Shown: positions 39,844 through 53,050, counted from the stretch's first letter. The stretch is DNA of 64,000 nucleotides from Octopus bimaculoides (GCF_001194135.2 NC_068997.1:42394838-42458837), one strand, 5' to 3'. Notes: generated by a model not told the origin, from the sequence alone. Numbers and translations are program-made.

Positions 39844-40007
39844 ACACTCTCTGAGTGGTTGGCGTTAGGAAGGGCATCCAGCTGTAGAAACGCTGCCAAA
39901 TTAGATTGGAGCCTGGTGTAGCCATCCGGTTGCACCAGTCCCCAGTCAAATCATCCAACCCATGCTAGCATGGAAAGCGGACGTTAAATGATGATGATGA
40001 TGATGAT
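39844..40007 (+). mobile_element. Young 5'-truncated RTE LINE 3' end
   Basis: Near-identical to 7790-7962 and 49755-49923, (gat)n tail. Other young copies at 45614-45763 (minus) and 47847-47941 (plus). Confidence 0.85.
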
Positions 40008-40024
40008 ACACACTAGGACTGAAT

Positions 40025-40209
40025 CTGAAAGTTTGTGCTCATCGTTAGCAATTAATTTATCTAGTCTGGCTAATGAATTCCAAGTGTCTCATATTTCTGT
40101 TGTCTAGAAACATACACTCATAAATACATAACTCATACTTGTTTGTATAAATGCAGGTATATTCCATGCACCAAACACATTATATACACATATATGCACA
40201 CACGCGTGT

Positions 40210-40247
<38 letters not shown>

Positions 40248-41271
40248 AAAATGATATTTTAAACAACAAACATCTGCAAGCCCTTTATGTAGTGTAAGCA
40301 GAGTGAATCTGTTGACCTGTTTTCTATTGCTCACCTGGATCATCACTTGTCTTTCACAGGCATGCTTGCTTAGAGATGACACGCTCAGCAGTGCAATGGA
40401 ACACTTGATATTTACTCATTCTCATACCTTGTTTTCCTCTCAAAGTAGCTTCTACACCAACACACACACACACACATAAATGTATAATAGATCTTGTGTT
40501 GCAAATTTGAGCTGCTTAACCACACAGCCACGCTTGTACCTATATTTCTGGACTGTGCTTGTGATTTGGAAACTTAGCCTTGTGTAACACTGATCCTGCT
40601 TTATCATTACATTAAGAGTACCAGTGTCTGTAGATTACCCAGCTGCTTAAACTATACTTTCACAACTAGGTGATTCTATTGATCAAAACAAACGCAAGAT
40701 CCATTACACATTTATGTGTCTGTCTGTGTACATGCATAAATGTGAATGTGTGTGTGTGTGTGTTGGTGTAGAAGCTACTTTGAGAGGAAAACAAGGTATG
40801 AGAATGAGTAAATATCAAGTGTTCCATTGCACTGCTGAGGGTGTCATCTCTAAGCAAGCATGCCTGTGAAAGACAAGTGATGATCCAGGTGAGCAATAGA
40901 AAACAGGTCAACAGATTCACCCTGCTACACTACATAAAGGGCTTGCAGATGTTTGTTGTTTAAAATATCATTTTCTGTGTGTGTGTGTGTGTGTGTGTAC
41001 ACACGCGTGTGTGCATATATGTGTATATAATGTGTTTNNNNNNNNNNAAATATCATTTTCTGTGTGTGTGTGTGTGTGTGTGTACACACGCGTGTGTGCA
41101 TATATGTGTATATAATGTGTTTGGTGCATGGAATATACCTGCATTTATACAAACAAGTACGAGTTATGCACGAGTATGTATGTTTCTAGATAACAGAAAT
41201 ATGAGCATTTGGAATTCATTAGCCAGAATGAATAAATTAATTGCTAATGACAAAAGCACAAACTTTCTCAG
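40025..41271. repeat. Large inverted duplication (arms about 40025-40500 and 40691-41271, 190-bp spacer)
   Basis: For example agagatgacacgctcagcagtgcaatggaacacttgatatttactcattctcataccttg (about 40372) is the reverse complement of the sequence at about 40793-40852 except one mismatch. The right arm contains an ~80-bp assembly duplication around the 10-N gap. Confidence 0.85.
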
Positions 41272-41291
41272 CTAAGAGTATTTTAAGTTAA

Positions 41292-41451
41292 CCCTTTAGA
41301 ATTCAGATTACTTTGTCAAATGTGATACTTACTTATTCACATTATTTTGAATTATCTCGAAGGGTAGGTGTAAGAGGCTGGGTTTGGCTGGTTTGAATAT
41401 ACAACAGGCAAAATAATTGAGTCTGATATGGCCAGTTTAAATGCTAAAGGG
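41292..41451. mobile_element. piggyBac-like MITE family (ccctttagcatt TIR)
   Basis: TTAA-ccctttagaattc...atgctaaaggg-TTAA. Homologous copies at about 30160-30335, 33495-33689 and 38468-38663. Confidence 0.7.
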
Positions 41452-42417
41452 TTAATGGAAACTTACTGACCTGACATCTTTGCAAAAACTAAATATAAAC
41501 ACAGACATGGCTGTGTGATAAGAAGCTTGCTTCCTAACCATGTGGTTCTGGGTTCAGTGCCACTGTGTGGCACCTTGGGCAAGTGTCTTCCACTATAGCC
41601 TCAGGCCAACCAAAGCTTTGTGAGTNNNNNNNNNNAAGGACACTTGCAAAACTAGTTTGTCCAAGTGTGAGGTGGATGTCAGCACCTGGGAAGAGAGGGC
41701 TCAGGACAGAACAACATGGGGGACTGTGGTGAAGGAAGGAATTGCTTCGCTGGAGAGCAGCTACAGAAACAAACAAGTTGAGAAGCGTCAGCGGTGAAAG
41801 GAAAACAAGAGAAATGCAGAGCGCTGAGCCACCCTCTTGGTATGCAGGTACTGTAACAGAAGCTACGCTTCAATCATAGGAAGAATCAGCCATGAAAGAA
41901 GCTGCAAGAAAGGGAGCCCCTGATATGTTCGATTACGTGACCTCTAAGCTAAATTGACCGTCTGCATAGAGGAAAAGGGCCAATTATATACATGTGTGTG
42001 TGTGTGTCTTTTTCCCTCACCACCGTTTGACAACTGGTGTTGGTGTTTATGCCCCTGTAACTTAGCAGTTTGGCAAAGGGGCCAATAGAATAAGTACCAA
42101 GCTTTAAAAAAATTAAGTATCACGGCCACAAGACTCAAAATTCTTTAAGGCAGTGCTCCAGCATGGCTACAGTCTAATGACAAACAAGTTAACAAAAAAA
42201 GAAAAATACCACTGATCACTCTTTCGAATTACAAAAGAAAAAAAAATCTACAGGCGTAGGAGTGGCTGTGTGGTAAGTAGCTTGTTTACCAACCACATGG
42301 TTCTGGGTTCAGTCCCACTGCGTGACACCTTGGGCAAGTGTCTTCTACTATAGCCTCGGGCCGACCAGAGCCTCGTGAGTGGATTTGGTAGATGGAAACT
42401 GAAAGAAGCCCGTCGTA

Positions 42418-42460
<43 letters not shown>

Positions 42461-44074
42461 TCTCTTTTACTTGTTTCAGTCATTTGACTGCGGCCATGCT
42501 GGAGCACCACCTNNNNNNNNNNNNNNNNNNNNNNNNNNNNNNNNNNNNNNNNNNNNNNNNNNNNNNNNNNNNNNNNNNNNNNNNNNNNNNNNNNNNNNNN
42601 NNNNNNNNNNNNNNNNNNNNNNNNNNNNNNNNNNNNNNNNNNNNNNNNNNNNNNNNNNNNNNNNNNNNNNNNNNNNNNNNNNNNNNNNNNNNNNNNNNNN
42701 NNNNNNNNNNNNNNNNNNNNNNNNNNNNNNNNNNNNNNNNNNNNNNNNNNNNNNNNNNNNNNNNNNNNNNNNNNNNNNNNNNNNNNNNNNNNNNNNNNNN
42801 NNNNNNNNNNNNNNNNNNNNNNNNNNNNNNNNNNNNNNNNNNNNNNNNNNNNNNNNNNNNNNNNNNNNNNNNNNNNNNNNNNNNNNNNNNNNNNNNNNNN
42901 NNNNNNNNNNNNNNNNNNNNNNNNNNNNGCTCCAGCATGGCTACAGTCTAATGACAAACAAGTTAACAAAAAAAGAAAAATACCACTGATCACTCTTTCG
43001 AATTACAAAAGAAAAAAAAATCTACAGGCGTAGGAGTGGCTGTGTGTGTATATGTTTGTCCTCCCAACATCACTTGACAACCAATGCTGGTGTGTTTACG
43101 TGCCCGTAACTTAGCGGTTCGGCAAAAGAGACCGATAGAATAAGTACTAGGCTTACAAAGAATAAGTCCTGGGGTCGATTTGCTCGACTAAAGGCGGTGC
43201 TCCAGCATGGTCGCAGTCAAATGACTGAAACAAGTAAAAGAGAGTAAAGAGAGAACTCTATCATGTCAGAGGAGTTTTGTGAAAGGCATAGACTTTTTAA
43301 ATTACTGGCAATCTAGCCAGATGCAATATTGAATTTTGTGAAGTGGCTGGCCTTATTCATGGACACAGACCAATAGAGAAAGTAGATTGGCAGTTTGAAA
43401 TTTGACAGCTGTGTTAAGAAAATGGAAGATGTTGATGAGTGGATGTGTGTGTGTAGACCTTTTACTTATTTCAATTACTGGACTGTGACCATGTTGGGAT
43501 ACTACCTTCAAGAGTTTAGTTCAACCAATCAACCCCAATACTTCATTTTAAATCTGGTACTTATTCTATTGTTGTCGTTGGCCAAGCTGCTAAGTTACGA
43601 GGACATAAGCAAACTAGCAACGGTTGTCAAGCAGTGGTGAGGAACACAAAGGCATACACATGCATGTACGTGCATGGCAGGCTTCCACAATTTCTGTCAA
43701 ACCAAGTTCACTTGCAAGACATTGGTTGATCTGGGGCTATAAGAGGAAGTGCCACACAGTGAGATCAAACCTAAAACTACATGGGTGCAAAGCAAGCTTC
43801 TTTACCACACTGCAATGTCTGTCTGTCTATATCTATCTATCTATATATATATATATAGGTAAAGTAAATGTTAGAGGTAATACTTGACAATTGTAAGCAC
43901 CAGTGTATGCCAGCTCGTGGTTGAGGTGAATGAATAAATTGTAAATGCAAAAATAAAAACATATTGTCAATTATACACTGATGTAACAACTATAAAGCTT
44001 GAAACACATGTACCGCAGAATCCTTTGTGTTTTTGTTTTTATTTTTGCATTTACAATTTATATATATATATTTA

Positions 44075-44230
44075 AGCCAGTATGCTCCGTTGGATGTGTA
44101 ATGTCAATGTGAATACCCGTCAGAGTGTAAGTATCTTGAGAGAAAAGCTGAACATTAGAAGCATCAGTTGTGGTGTGCAAGAGAGACGATTGCGCTGGTA
44201 TGGACATGTGGTGAGAATGGATGAGGATAG
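44075..44230 (+). mobile_element. Young RTE LINE ORF2 fragment running into a gap
   Basis: MLRWMCNVNVNTRQSVSILREKLNIRSISCGVQERRLRWYGHVVRMDED, uninterrupted. Confidence 0.85.
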
Positions 44231-44886
44231 NNNNNNNNNNNNNNNNNNNNNNNNNNNNNNNNNNNNNNNNNNNNNNNNNNNNNNNNNNNNNNNNNNNNNN
44301 NNNNNNNNNNNNNNNNNNNNNNNNNNNNNNNNNNNNNNNNNNNNNNNNNNNNNNNNNNNNNNNNNNNNNNNNNNNNNNNNNNNNNNNNNNNNNNNNNNNN
44401 NNNNNNNNNNNNNNNNNNNNNNNNNNNNNNNNNNNNNNNNNNNNNNNNNNNNNNNNNNNNNNNNNNNNNNNNNNNNNNNNNNNNNNNNNNNNNNNNNNNN
44501 NNNNNNNNNNNNNNNNNNNNNNNNNNNNNNNNNNNNNNNNNNNNNNNNNNNNNNNNNNNNNNNNNNNNNNNNNNNNNNNNNNNNNNNNNNNNNNNNNNNN
44601 NNNNNNNNNNNNNNNNNNNNNNNNNNNNNNNNNNNNNNNNNNNNNNNNNNNNNNNNNNNNNNNNNNNNNNNNNNNNNNNNNNNNNNNNNNNNNNNNNNNN
44701 NNNNNNNNNNNNNNNNNNNNNNNNNNNNNNNNNNNNNNNNNNNNNNNNNNNNNNNNNNNNNNNNNNNNNNNNNNNNNNNNNNNNNNNNNNNNNNNNNNNN
44801 NNNNNNNNNNNNNNNNNNNNNNNNNNNNNNNNNNNNNNNNNNNNNNNNNNNNNNNNNNNNNNNNNNNNNNNNNNNNNNNNNNNNNN
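44231..44886. other. Assembly gap (one of many N-runs)
   Basis: Other gaps at about 7338-7636, 10160-10710, 17565-17664, 30566-30796, 42513-42928, 52078-52444 and 56460-57115, plus several 10-N joins. Most abut microsatellites or young repeats. Confidence 0.95.
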
Positions 44887-45251
44887 AATGGCCCAGTGGT
44901 TAGGGCAGCGGACTCGCGGTTTCGATTCCCAGACCAGGCGTTGTGAGTGTTTATTGAGCGAAAACACCTAAAGCTCCACGAAGCTCCGGCAGGGGATGGT
45001 GGCGAACCCTGCTGTACTCTTCCACCACAACTTTCTCTCACTCTTTCTTCCTGTTTCTGTTGAGCCTGTAATTCAAAGGGTCAGCCTTGTCACACTGTGT
45101 CACGCTGAATATCCATGAGAACTATGTTAAGGGTACATGTGTCTGTGGATTGCTCAGCCACTTGCACGTTAATTTCATGAGCAAGCTGTTCCGTTGATCG
45201 GATCAACTGGAACCCTCAACGTCGTAAGCAATGGAGTGCCAACAACAACAA
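44887..45251 (+). mobile_element. SINE family A copy
   Basis: Same body and caa tail; 5' end abuts a gap. Confidence 0.85.
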
Positions 45252-46177
45252 ACTATATATATATATACAGACTGCGAGACTAATAACTTGGTATAGAATG
45301 CAACATAAGAACAAAGTGTTAGTTGAGTACAGAGCAGTAATAAAAAAAATGAGATGAACTTCATTAGCTTACAACTGTTTCTGCTATAAGATGTAGAAAA
45401 CTCACAGTTGTCAATTATGAGTCCATTGCATCTCATTTTCTTTTAATATATATAATAATTTAAATGTTTTCTATACTGTATATATGAAGAGAGAGATGTA
45501 AAAACACAAATATTTGCTCTCGTGTGCAAGAATAACTGTGCTCATTGTGCACATTTGTTTGTCCACATGTTCAAATGTACTTATCATTCATATAACTGAA
45601 GTCCATCAAATAGATCATCATCATCATCATCATTGTTTAACGTCCGCTTCCCATGCTAGCATGGGTTGGATGATTTGACTGAGGACTGGTGAAACCAGAT
45701 GGCTACACCAGGCTCCAATCTGATTTGGCAGAGTTTCTACAGCTGGATGCCCTTCCTAACGCCTAGGTTCCATAAAATTCCTTTAACTCTTTTGACATCT
45801 TGTCTGGCACAACCTTGGGTTGAGTGACCTGCCTGTTTTAAACTTCATATTCAAAAAGAAATCTTAATTTTATAAAAGAACATTTTTGGTAAGTTTCATG
45901 CCAAGTCAATTATTTTGCTATATCTTTTCAAACTCTTAGATATTTTCAAAATTAATCGAAACAGTTATTTTCCAGGAAATATGGCCAGAAAATTATTCAT
46001 CTTCATGCACATACATGTACATGAGCAGAAGTAGATAGTGTATGTATAGAGACATATATGCACACATAGATAGAACAAATGAGAGAAATAGATCTTAAAG
46101 AGTATATACATTTTTTAAACTGATGATTGAATGTATATATATATATATATATATATATATCAAAATAATCAACAGGA

Positions 46178-46809
46178 TATCCAGAGGTGATGCAGTACAA
46201 CCGTTTCAAGCAGCTCCATTTAATTGAACAATGCAATCATTATATCAATTTAAAAGCAGAGCTGTCCTCAGCTACATAAATAAATAAAGAGAATTTAGTC
46301 AGACAACACATTTGTATAATTTTACTTAAATCCTCTAAGAGGATAAGAAGACAAGCAAGAGTCCATGCTGTTTTCACTTCAGCTTAGAAGTTACTAAGAC
46401 ATCAGGAAAAAAAGCAACTTGTTTGGGTTCTAGCTTGTCACAGATTTTTGGGTTGGTTTTGACTGCTCTTAGATTTTGATAACAAAGATTTGATAAACAA
46501 GACTATAAATCAAAACCGACCCAAAAATCTGTGACAAGCTAGAACCCTAACAAGTTTCTTTTTCCCTGATGTCTTAGTAGCTTCTAAGCTGAAGTGAAAA
46601 CAGCATGGACTTTGTCTGTTTTCTTACTTTCTTAGAGGATTTTAGTAAAATTATACAAATGTATAATTTGTATAGTCCGACTGATTAAATTAATTCTATT
46701 TATTTATTTATGCAACTGAGGATAGCCCTGCATTTAAATTGATGTAATGATTGCATTGTTCAATTAAATGGAGCCGCTTGAAACAGTCATACTGCATCAC
46801 CTCTGGATA
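46178..46809. repeat. Foldback / long-TIR element (arms about 290 bp, 47-bp spacer)
   Basis: Left arm ccagaggtgatgcagta...gatttttgggttggttttga (to 46462) mirrors tcaaaaccgacccaaaaatc...tactgcatcacctctgg (46510-46807). Confidence 0.9.
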
Positions 46810-49487
46810 ATACCTCACTAGTTTTTTGGTGCCTCAACTTAAGTACTTAATTCATCTGAATCTCTCTCTCTATATATATATATATGTATAAACCTGAGAT
46901 CCTAAAACCAAGGTCCCACATAACACATAAAAAGCATCCAGTACACTCTGTAAAGTGGTTGACATCCAGTCATAGAAACGAAGCCAAAACAGACTGTGGA
47001 ACTTGATGCAGACCCCAGGCATGCCAGTTCATGTCAAGATATCCAACCCATGCCAGCATGGAAGACGGACCTTAAATGTTTATGACGATGGTGAAATATA
47101 TATTTAGACATACATATACAAGTCAACAAGGGAGGTCTCTATCATCATCATGGTTTTAAATTCCTACTTTTCCATGCTTGTATAGGTCAGCCAAGGATAC
47201 ATTGAAGCAGTGTTTTTCAACCATCAGACATCCTTCTTGTTGCTAGCTTCTAACTTATTTCTAAGTGGAGTAATAGTTTCCCAGTCTATTGAGCAACTAA
47301 TAGCTAGGATATGTTTATTTTTCTGTTTTATGTGGGGAACAGAAAAGAAGCAAAGTCACCTTTTGTTTACTAAGATTGTACAACATATTAAGAAGCCCTG
47401 ATATCCCTTTGTAGTGGACTACAGGCCAATGACACTGGCAGGAAGCCATTGTTTACAAAACAAGTAAACATGAGAGAAACACACACTCACGACAGGTTTC
47501 CATCAACCAAATCCAGCTTTGGTTGACCTGGGTGATAGAAAATACTCGTCCACAGAAAGGTCGACTATGATTGAGTAGACATATAGTCAAAATACATTCC
47601 ATCTATGACCATCCAGTCTAATGTAGGTTTTGGCTGCTGCCATTTAAAGTAAATAACTATATAGAGGAACTCTTACTAGCTTGTGTCTATGTAGCAGTTC
47701 AATCAACTAGAATTAGCAGCCAAATCTTTCTCAAACTACTCTACATTAACTGAAAAAGAGAAAACACAAAGAAGTCACTGGATTCTTTGTTCATGCTACA
47801 CCAACAAAATATGAATTCCATGCACTTCCCTCAACTAAATTTCCTTTTGGAGCCTGGTGTTGCCATCCGGTTTCACCAGTCCTCAGTCAAATCGTCCAAC
47901 CCATGCTAGCATGGAAAGCGGACGTTAAACGATGATGATGAAGGATTTGGTTGACCCAAGGCAACGATAGAAGACTCTTGTTGAAGGGATTAAATCTGAA
48001 ACTATGCAGTTGTAAAACAAACCATATATACGCTACAAGTTAATTGAAAATTGAAACTGGTTTACAGGCTCAGTTCAAAGAAATATTATTGTCACTCTTA
48101 TGGTCTTCTTTACATGGCTGCAGCTGAAATGTGTTTCACCACACTGCAACAAGAATTTCTGTCCCAATTTAACTTTGGGTAAGACCTCAATTTCATACTG
48201 TTCATTTCTGCCAACATCAAAAGAGCTAAGTGGTCCTTGTCCATCTATCAGAGCACAGAAGTTTCCAAAATACAACATCCAATACAGCCTGGTGTTTAAC
48301 ACAAAAACACTGGCGACCAGAAACTATATTTGTGTTGAACCACAATAGCAGAGATATGTGAAACATGGCTGCAAAACTTCTCTTTAGTTTTGTGTTCATG
48401 CCATGAGATGTTCTGCACTCTCATAAGAAACATAATGTATGTACATACTATCAAGGTGATCTTGAAGATGTTCCTTCTTCAGAGTCCAAGTTTCCTTAGA
48501 GAATGCTCTCTATGCCAACTTGTTGACTTGGAAACGTTCAATTGCCAAACATCAAGAAATCTTTCTTAATGTCAGCAGCATATGATCTGAGGTATCTGAA
48601 GTCACCACCATTCATGTATGGAAACTTGTTGAGCTTTGTGCCAAACACAATTGTCAAAACCAAAGTGTTTCCAACAACAGTAAGATTTCTTCAGGAAGAC
48701 ACCTAATTCCTTTTCTCATTGTTATTGCAGTGGACTACTATTGCATGAAACCTCCCAAAAAGCACCCAGTACATTCTGTAAAGTGGGTAGCATTAGGAAG
48801 GGCATCCAGCCACAGAAAGCATACCAAAGCTGATATTGGAGCATGGTAACCTTTTGGATCCAGTCAAATCATCCAACACATGCCAGAATGGAACATGGAT
48901 GTTAAATGATGATGATTGTGATGATTTATATTTCTGAGGCAAAGTTCTAACTCCCATCAAGCTAAAGTGATTAAGGTATCAGTAGAGCCTTTATCCCTCT
49001 GACCCTGACTTTACTAATAATCTTATTTTCACAGCTCATCAACAATTAACAACATCTGATCCAAGATCAACTTGTTTCTTGATGCAAAGACTAATGACCA
49101 TCAATAACGATGAAAACCAGCTGCCATAAAGTATTATAGCTGATTACATTGAACTTGTATGTTTTAGTAAACCAATGATAAACAAATGAAAATCAAGTTA
49201 CACATTAGAAAGGCTTGAACCTGAAAACGAGTTGGTATGCAGCTGCTATTTAAGTGGGTTTACCTTAAAACAACCATCTCACTAGATTATACTACAAAGG
49301 CAGTGAAGCAAAGATTCAAAGGATATGATAAAAATTGAATAAATGCCAACAGATTGATACTTGAAAAATATTCTATATTTGTTTTGTATACCTAGTTTTA
49401 TCACATAAGCATGATAGAGCTAACCTACTAGGAACGGCAACTAAACCTTCCTTAAATCACACTATGATTTTTTAAATAAAAGGGCAC

Positions 49488-49923
49488 GACCGAGACCTTT
49501 GGAAATGTGCTGTGCGTGAGAAGACCCGGCAAGTCAAGTAAGATCGTTGCCAGTGCCCCTGGACTGGTTCTTGTGCGGGTGGCACATGAGATGCACCATT
49601 TTGAGCGTGGCCGTTGCCAGTACCGCCTGACTGGCTCCTGTACGATTTTCGAGCGAGATCGTTGCCAGTGCCCCTGGACTGGCTTGTGTGGGTGGCACAT
49701 AAAAGACACCATTTCGAGCGTGGCCGTTTTCGTGCGGGTGACACGTAAAAGCACCCACTACACTCTCTGAGTGGTTGGCGTTAGGAAGGGCATCCAGCTG
49801 TAGAAACTCTGCCAAATCAGACTGGAGCCTGGTGTTGCCATCCGGTTTCACCAGTCCTCAGTCAAACCGTCCAACCCATGCTAGCATGGAAAGCGGACGT
49901 TAAACGATGATGATGATGATGAT
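49488..49923 (+). mobile_element. RTE LINE 3' end including ORF2 stop and full 3' UTR
   Basis: DRDLWKCAVREKTRQVK* then a UTR with tandem ~40-45-bp units and a (gat)n tail. This shows the many (gat)n-tailed repeats in the window are truncated RTE LINEs. Confidence 0.85.
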
Positions 49924-52900
49924 TCACATAGAGGCACAGTCCTAGACAAGCTTTTATAAGGTGGGAAAGTTATGGTTGCAATGCCTTTCGATCAGGCTCA
50001 CCTTGGGACAACAACAACACAAGGGTGATGAAGCTAAGTACCTGGCTTACTAATAAGCAGTATTCATCTATGTGATTAACCAGACTGACTACAGAAGAAT
50101 TTGAACGAGAACTGTTATAAACAGTGAGCAGATGGCGCTACCTTACCTACTATCTATAGATAGGTAGGTGTAAGGGAGTATTGATAGCTAAGTGTATCTG
50201 TCCATAAACACACAAAGGTGCCATGTGAAGAGTACAAATTGTCACTTCGGTCAGCTGTTACATTTTCACTTATCAAAACTATATTTGCCCACGGCATTGT
50301 ATACTTTACTGGAAAAAAATCTTTCAACTATTTGGGTATTCATTTCATGTGTCTTATATGTTTCTAATTAAATGCCGAAAATAGTAACGAAAAAAAGTGT
50401 TAAGAGAGGGTTAAAAGCATTTAGTCAAGATGTGATGAAGGGTTAGCTTGTAAAATAAAGCGATTTTCAAATTTCCGTTGAAAGTTATCTGCCCTTGGCA
50501 GCCATGACTTTTTCAGTAAACAAACAAAAACATTTTTTTAAGTGACTTGGTTAATATTGACAATAGTAAACATCTTTCAAAAAAGCTAACAAAAACAAAC
50601 AAAATCTAATGAAATAAAGAAAAAAATTTTGTTTTCTTCTTTCGCTATTCCCCCCCCCCACTTTGGTCCACGTTTACATGGGTGGGAGGGGTTATTTGTT
50701 GTAACAAAGGTTTCTAAAAGCTGGATGCCCTTCCTACAGTCACAATGCAAATGGGCCAACGAGAAAGTCCTCTACGCGGTTGTTCGACCCGCTACAAATA
50801 GCAATAAAATCACCAGTAAAATAACAGGGTACCATCTTGAGAAAAGGAGTGAGCATACATAGAATAATGTAGTTCCACATACAAAATGCCAGAGAAAATG
50901 ATGGGATGGTCGTAGCTGGAACAACTTTGATAAAGGGCTGCTCGATGAGGACTAAACGGAGGGCTACACAGCCACCTCACATTAAGACTTTTCTTTTCTT
51001 TTTGAAAGAATTTAATTTGTTCTAGAAGCAAAATCATTTCCATACGGAAAAAGTCTCCAGCGGTAGTGCAATATATGACCAGGGTAAATGGCTGCAACTT
51101 TTAAGAAAAGGAGTTCTGAATGACATGAAATCATTTGGGTGACATTCATACGGATAACTATGAACATTTTCAAACCTCACTCGAAAAACGACATCGAGGT
51201 CTGAGATCGTGGGGCAAACAAGAGAACAGAAAGACCGAAGCGACAAGCTGGATAGTGGGGAGGGGGTCTTAGAGAAACCGAGAGAGAAGTAGGTTGAGAA
51301 AGGAGAGAAAAGTAATTAGGATATGAAGACTAATTGTCGAAAACGAACGTCACAAAATCCCGTTGGAAAAATAAAGAAAGAAAAGTTATAACCTATACAG
51401 TTCCTGTCTTTATGGATATGTTAGTTAACAACATCACATTATCAAGACACTGACAAAGTACCAATAAATAATATTCTACATTCAATTCATCCAACTATTG
51501 ACCACTTGCTAAGATTTAATCAACACCAATCGATATATATATAAAAGTAGTTTCGATATCCTGCATTAACTTCGCATTGTGTGTGTGTAACAAAGGTATG
51601 AAAATCAACATCGACAATCTTAGAAATAAAAACTTAATAGAATGAAACCAATTATACGTCTATACAACGAACTAACAAACTTTAAGGCGAAAACAAGATG
51701 CGTAGGATGGAGAAAGAGAAAAACTGGAAACGTCAGGATTCTTGTTTTTCCAATTTCATATGAAATGATGCAAATTTGAGAACTTTTATTTTTGATAATG
51801 CTAAACGCTTTACTTTTCTTGGAATCTGATTTGTATGTTTTAAAAAATGCCTGATGACTTTGCGACCCAGTTTAAATTCCAGAGAGATCAACAGAGGGAG
51901 CATAAGTATTTAAGTTTTTAAGGGTAGTAAATTCCACTACCCTTCTCTAATCGTTTAATGCACTTAAGAAAGGCATTAACGTCACACATACACATTCTCT
52001 TCCTCCTCGTAACAATTAGAGAGACATTTTACAAAATTTCGCTTTAGGTTTGTTTCGTAATGAACTCGTAAAAAAANNNNNNNNNNNNNNNNNNNNNNNN
52101 NNNNNNNNNNNNNNNNNNNNNNNNNNNNNNNNNNNNNNNNNNNNNNNNNNNNNNNNNNNNNNNNNNNNNNNNNNNNNNNNNNNNNNNNNNNNNNNNNNNN
52201 NNNNNNNNNNNNNNNNNNNNNNNNNNNNNNNNNNNNNNNNNNNNNNNNNNNNNNNNNNNNNNNNNNNNNNNNNNNNNNNNNNNNNNNNNNNNNNNNNNNN
52301 NNNNNNNNNNNNNNNNNNNNNNNNNNNNNNNNNNNNNNNNNNNNNNNNNNNNNNNNNNNNNNNNNNNNNNNNNNNNNNNNNNNNNNNNNNNNNNNNNNNN
52401 NNNNNNNNNNNNNNNNNNNNNNNNNNNNNNNNNNNNNNNNNNNNAAACAACTTTGACTTAAACCTCCCTCGACATCGACAAGCTCCCAGCCAGCAATATT
52501 TATAAATTCTTTTTTTTTTCTTTACATATTTCCTGCCTATACGTCATTGATGCCCTTGAGAACGGCATGAATATCACATAATCCCTTTAAATCTAACATG
52601 TAAGTAAGCAAAAACAAAATTTGCTCGGGAAAAATTTATGGTTTTAGTGTGGGATTCTTTAGTGTGAGACGTTGTGATGCTCATACCTTTATTCTTAGGA
52701 CATTAACGAGATGAGTTTTCGAACAGCAGTCCCGTATTACATTATTTTTTTTTTTTTTCGATTTTCACTTGTAAATAAAAAAAATCTAGATCAATATATA
52801 TTAAAGAGAGAAGTGCAAGATTTTCTCCGTGTTGTATCGATCATATTAATTACAGATGAGCTTTTGTTTTTGTACATACTACACACAAACACTTTACGTA

Positions 52901-53050
52901 TAGCGATTAATCATACACGCATATATTTGTGTATGTATGATATATACACACATATACATAGGTAATATTAGCCCAGAAGTAGGTAAGGAGAAAGAAGAAA
53001 AACAAAAGGAGAGGAATTTTTTTTTTGGTAAAGTTAAGAGATAAACATAC

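Noticed and set aside
42157-43045. About 115-bp exact direct repeat on both sides of the gap
   Set aside because: Identical sequence at both contig ends is most simply an unmerged assembly overlap; the same applies to about 40958-41037 versus 41048-41120.
50125-50142. gagcagatggcgcta, CTCF-like motif near the CpG boundary
   Set aside because: A single partial match that could arise by chance; not supportable without ChIP or conservation data.
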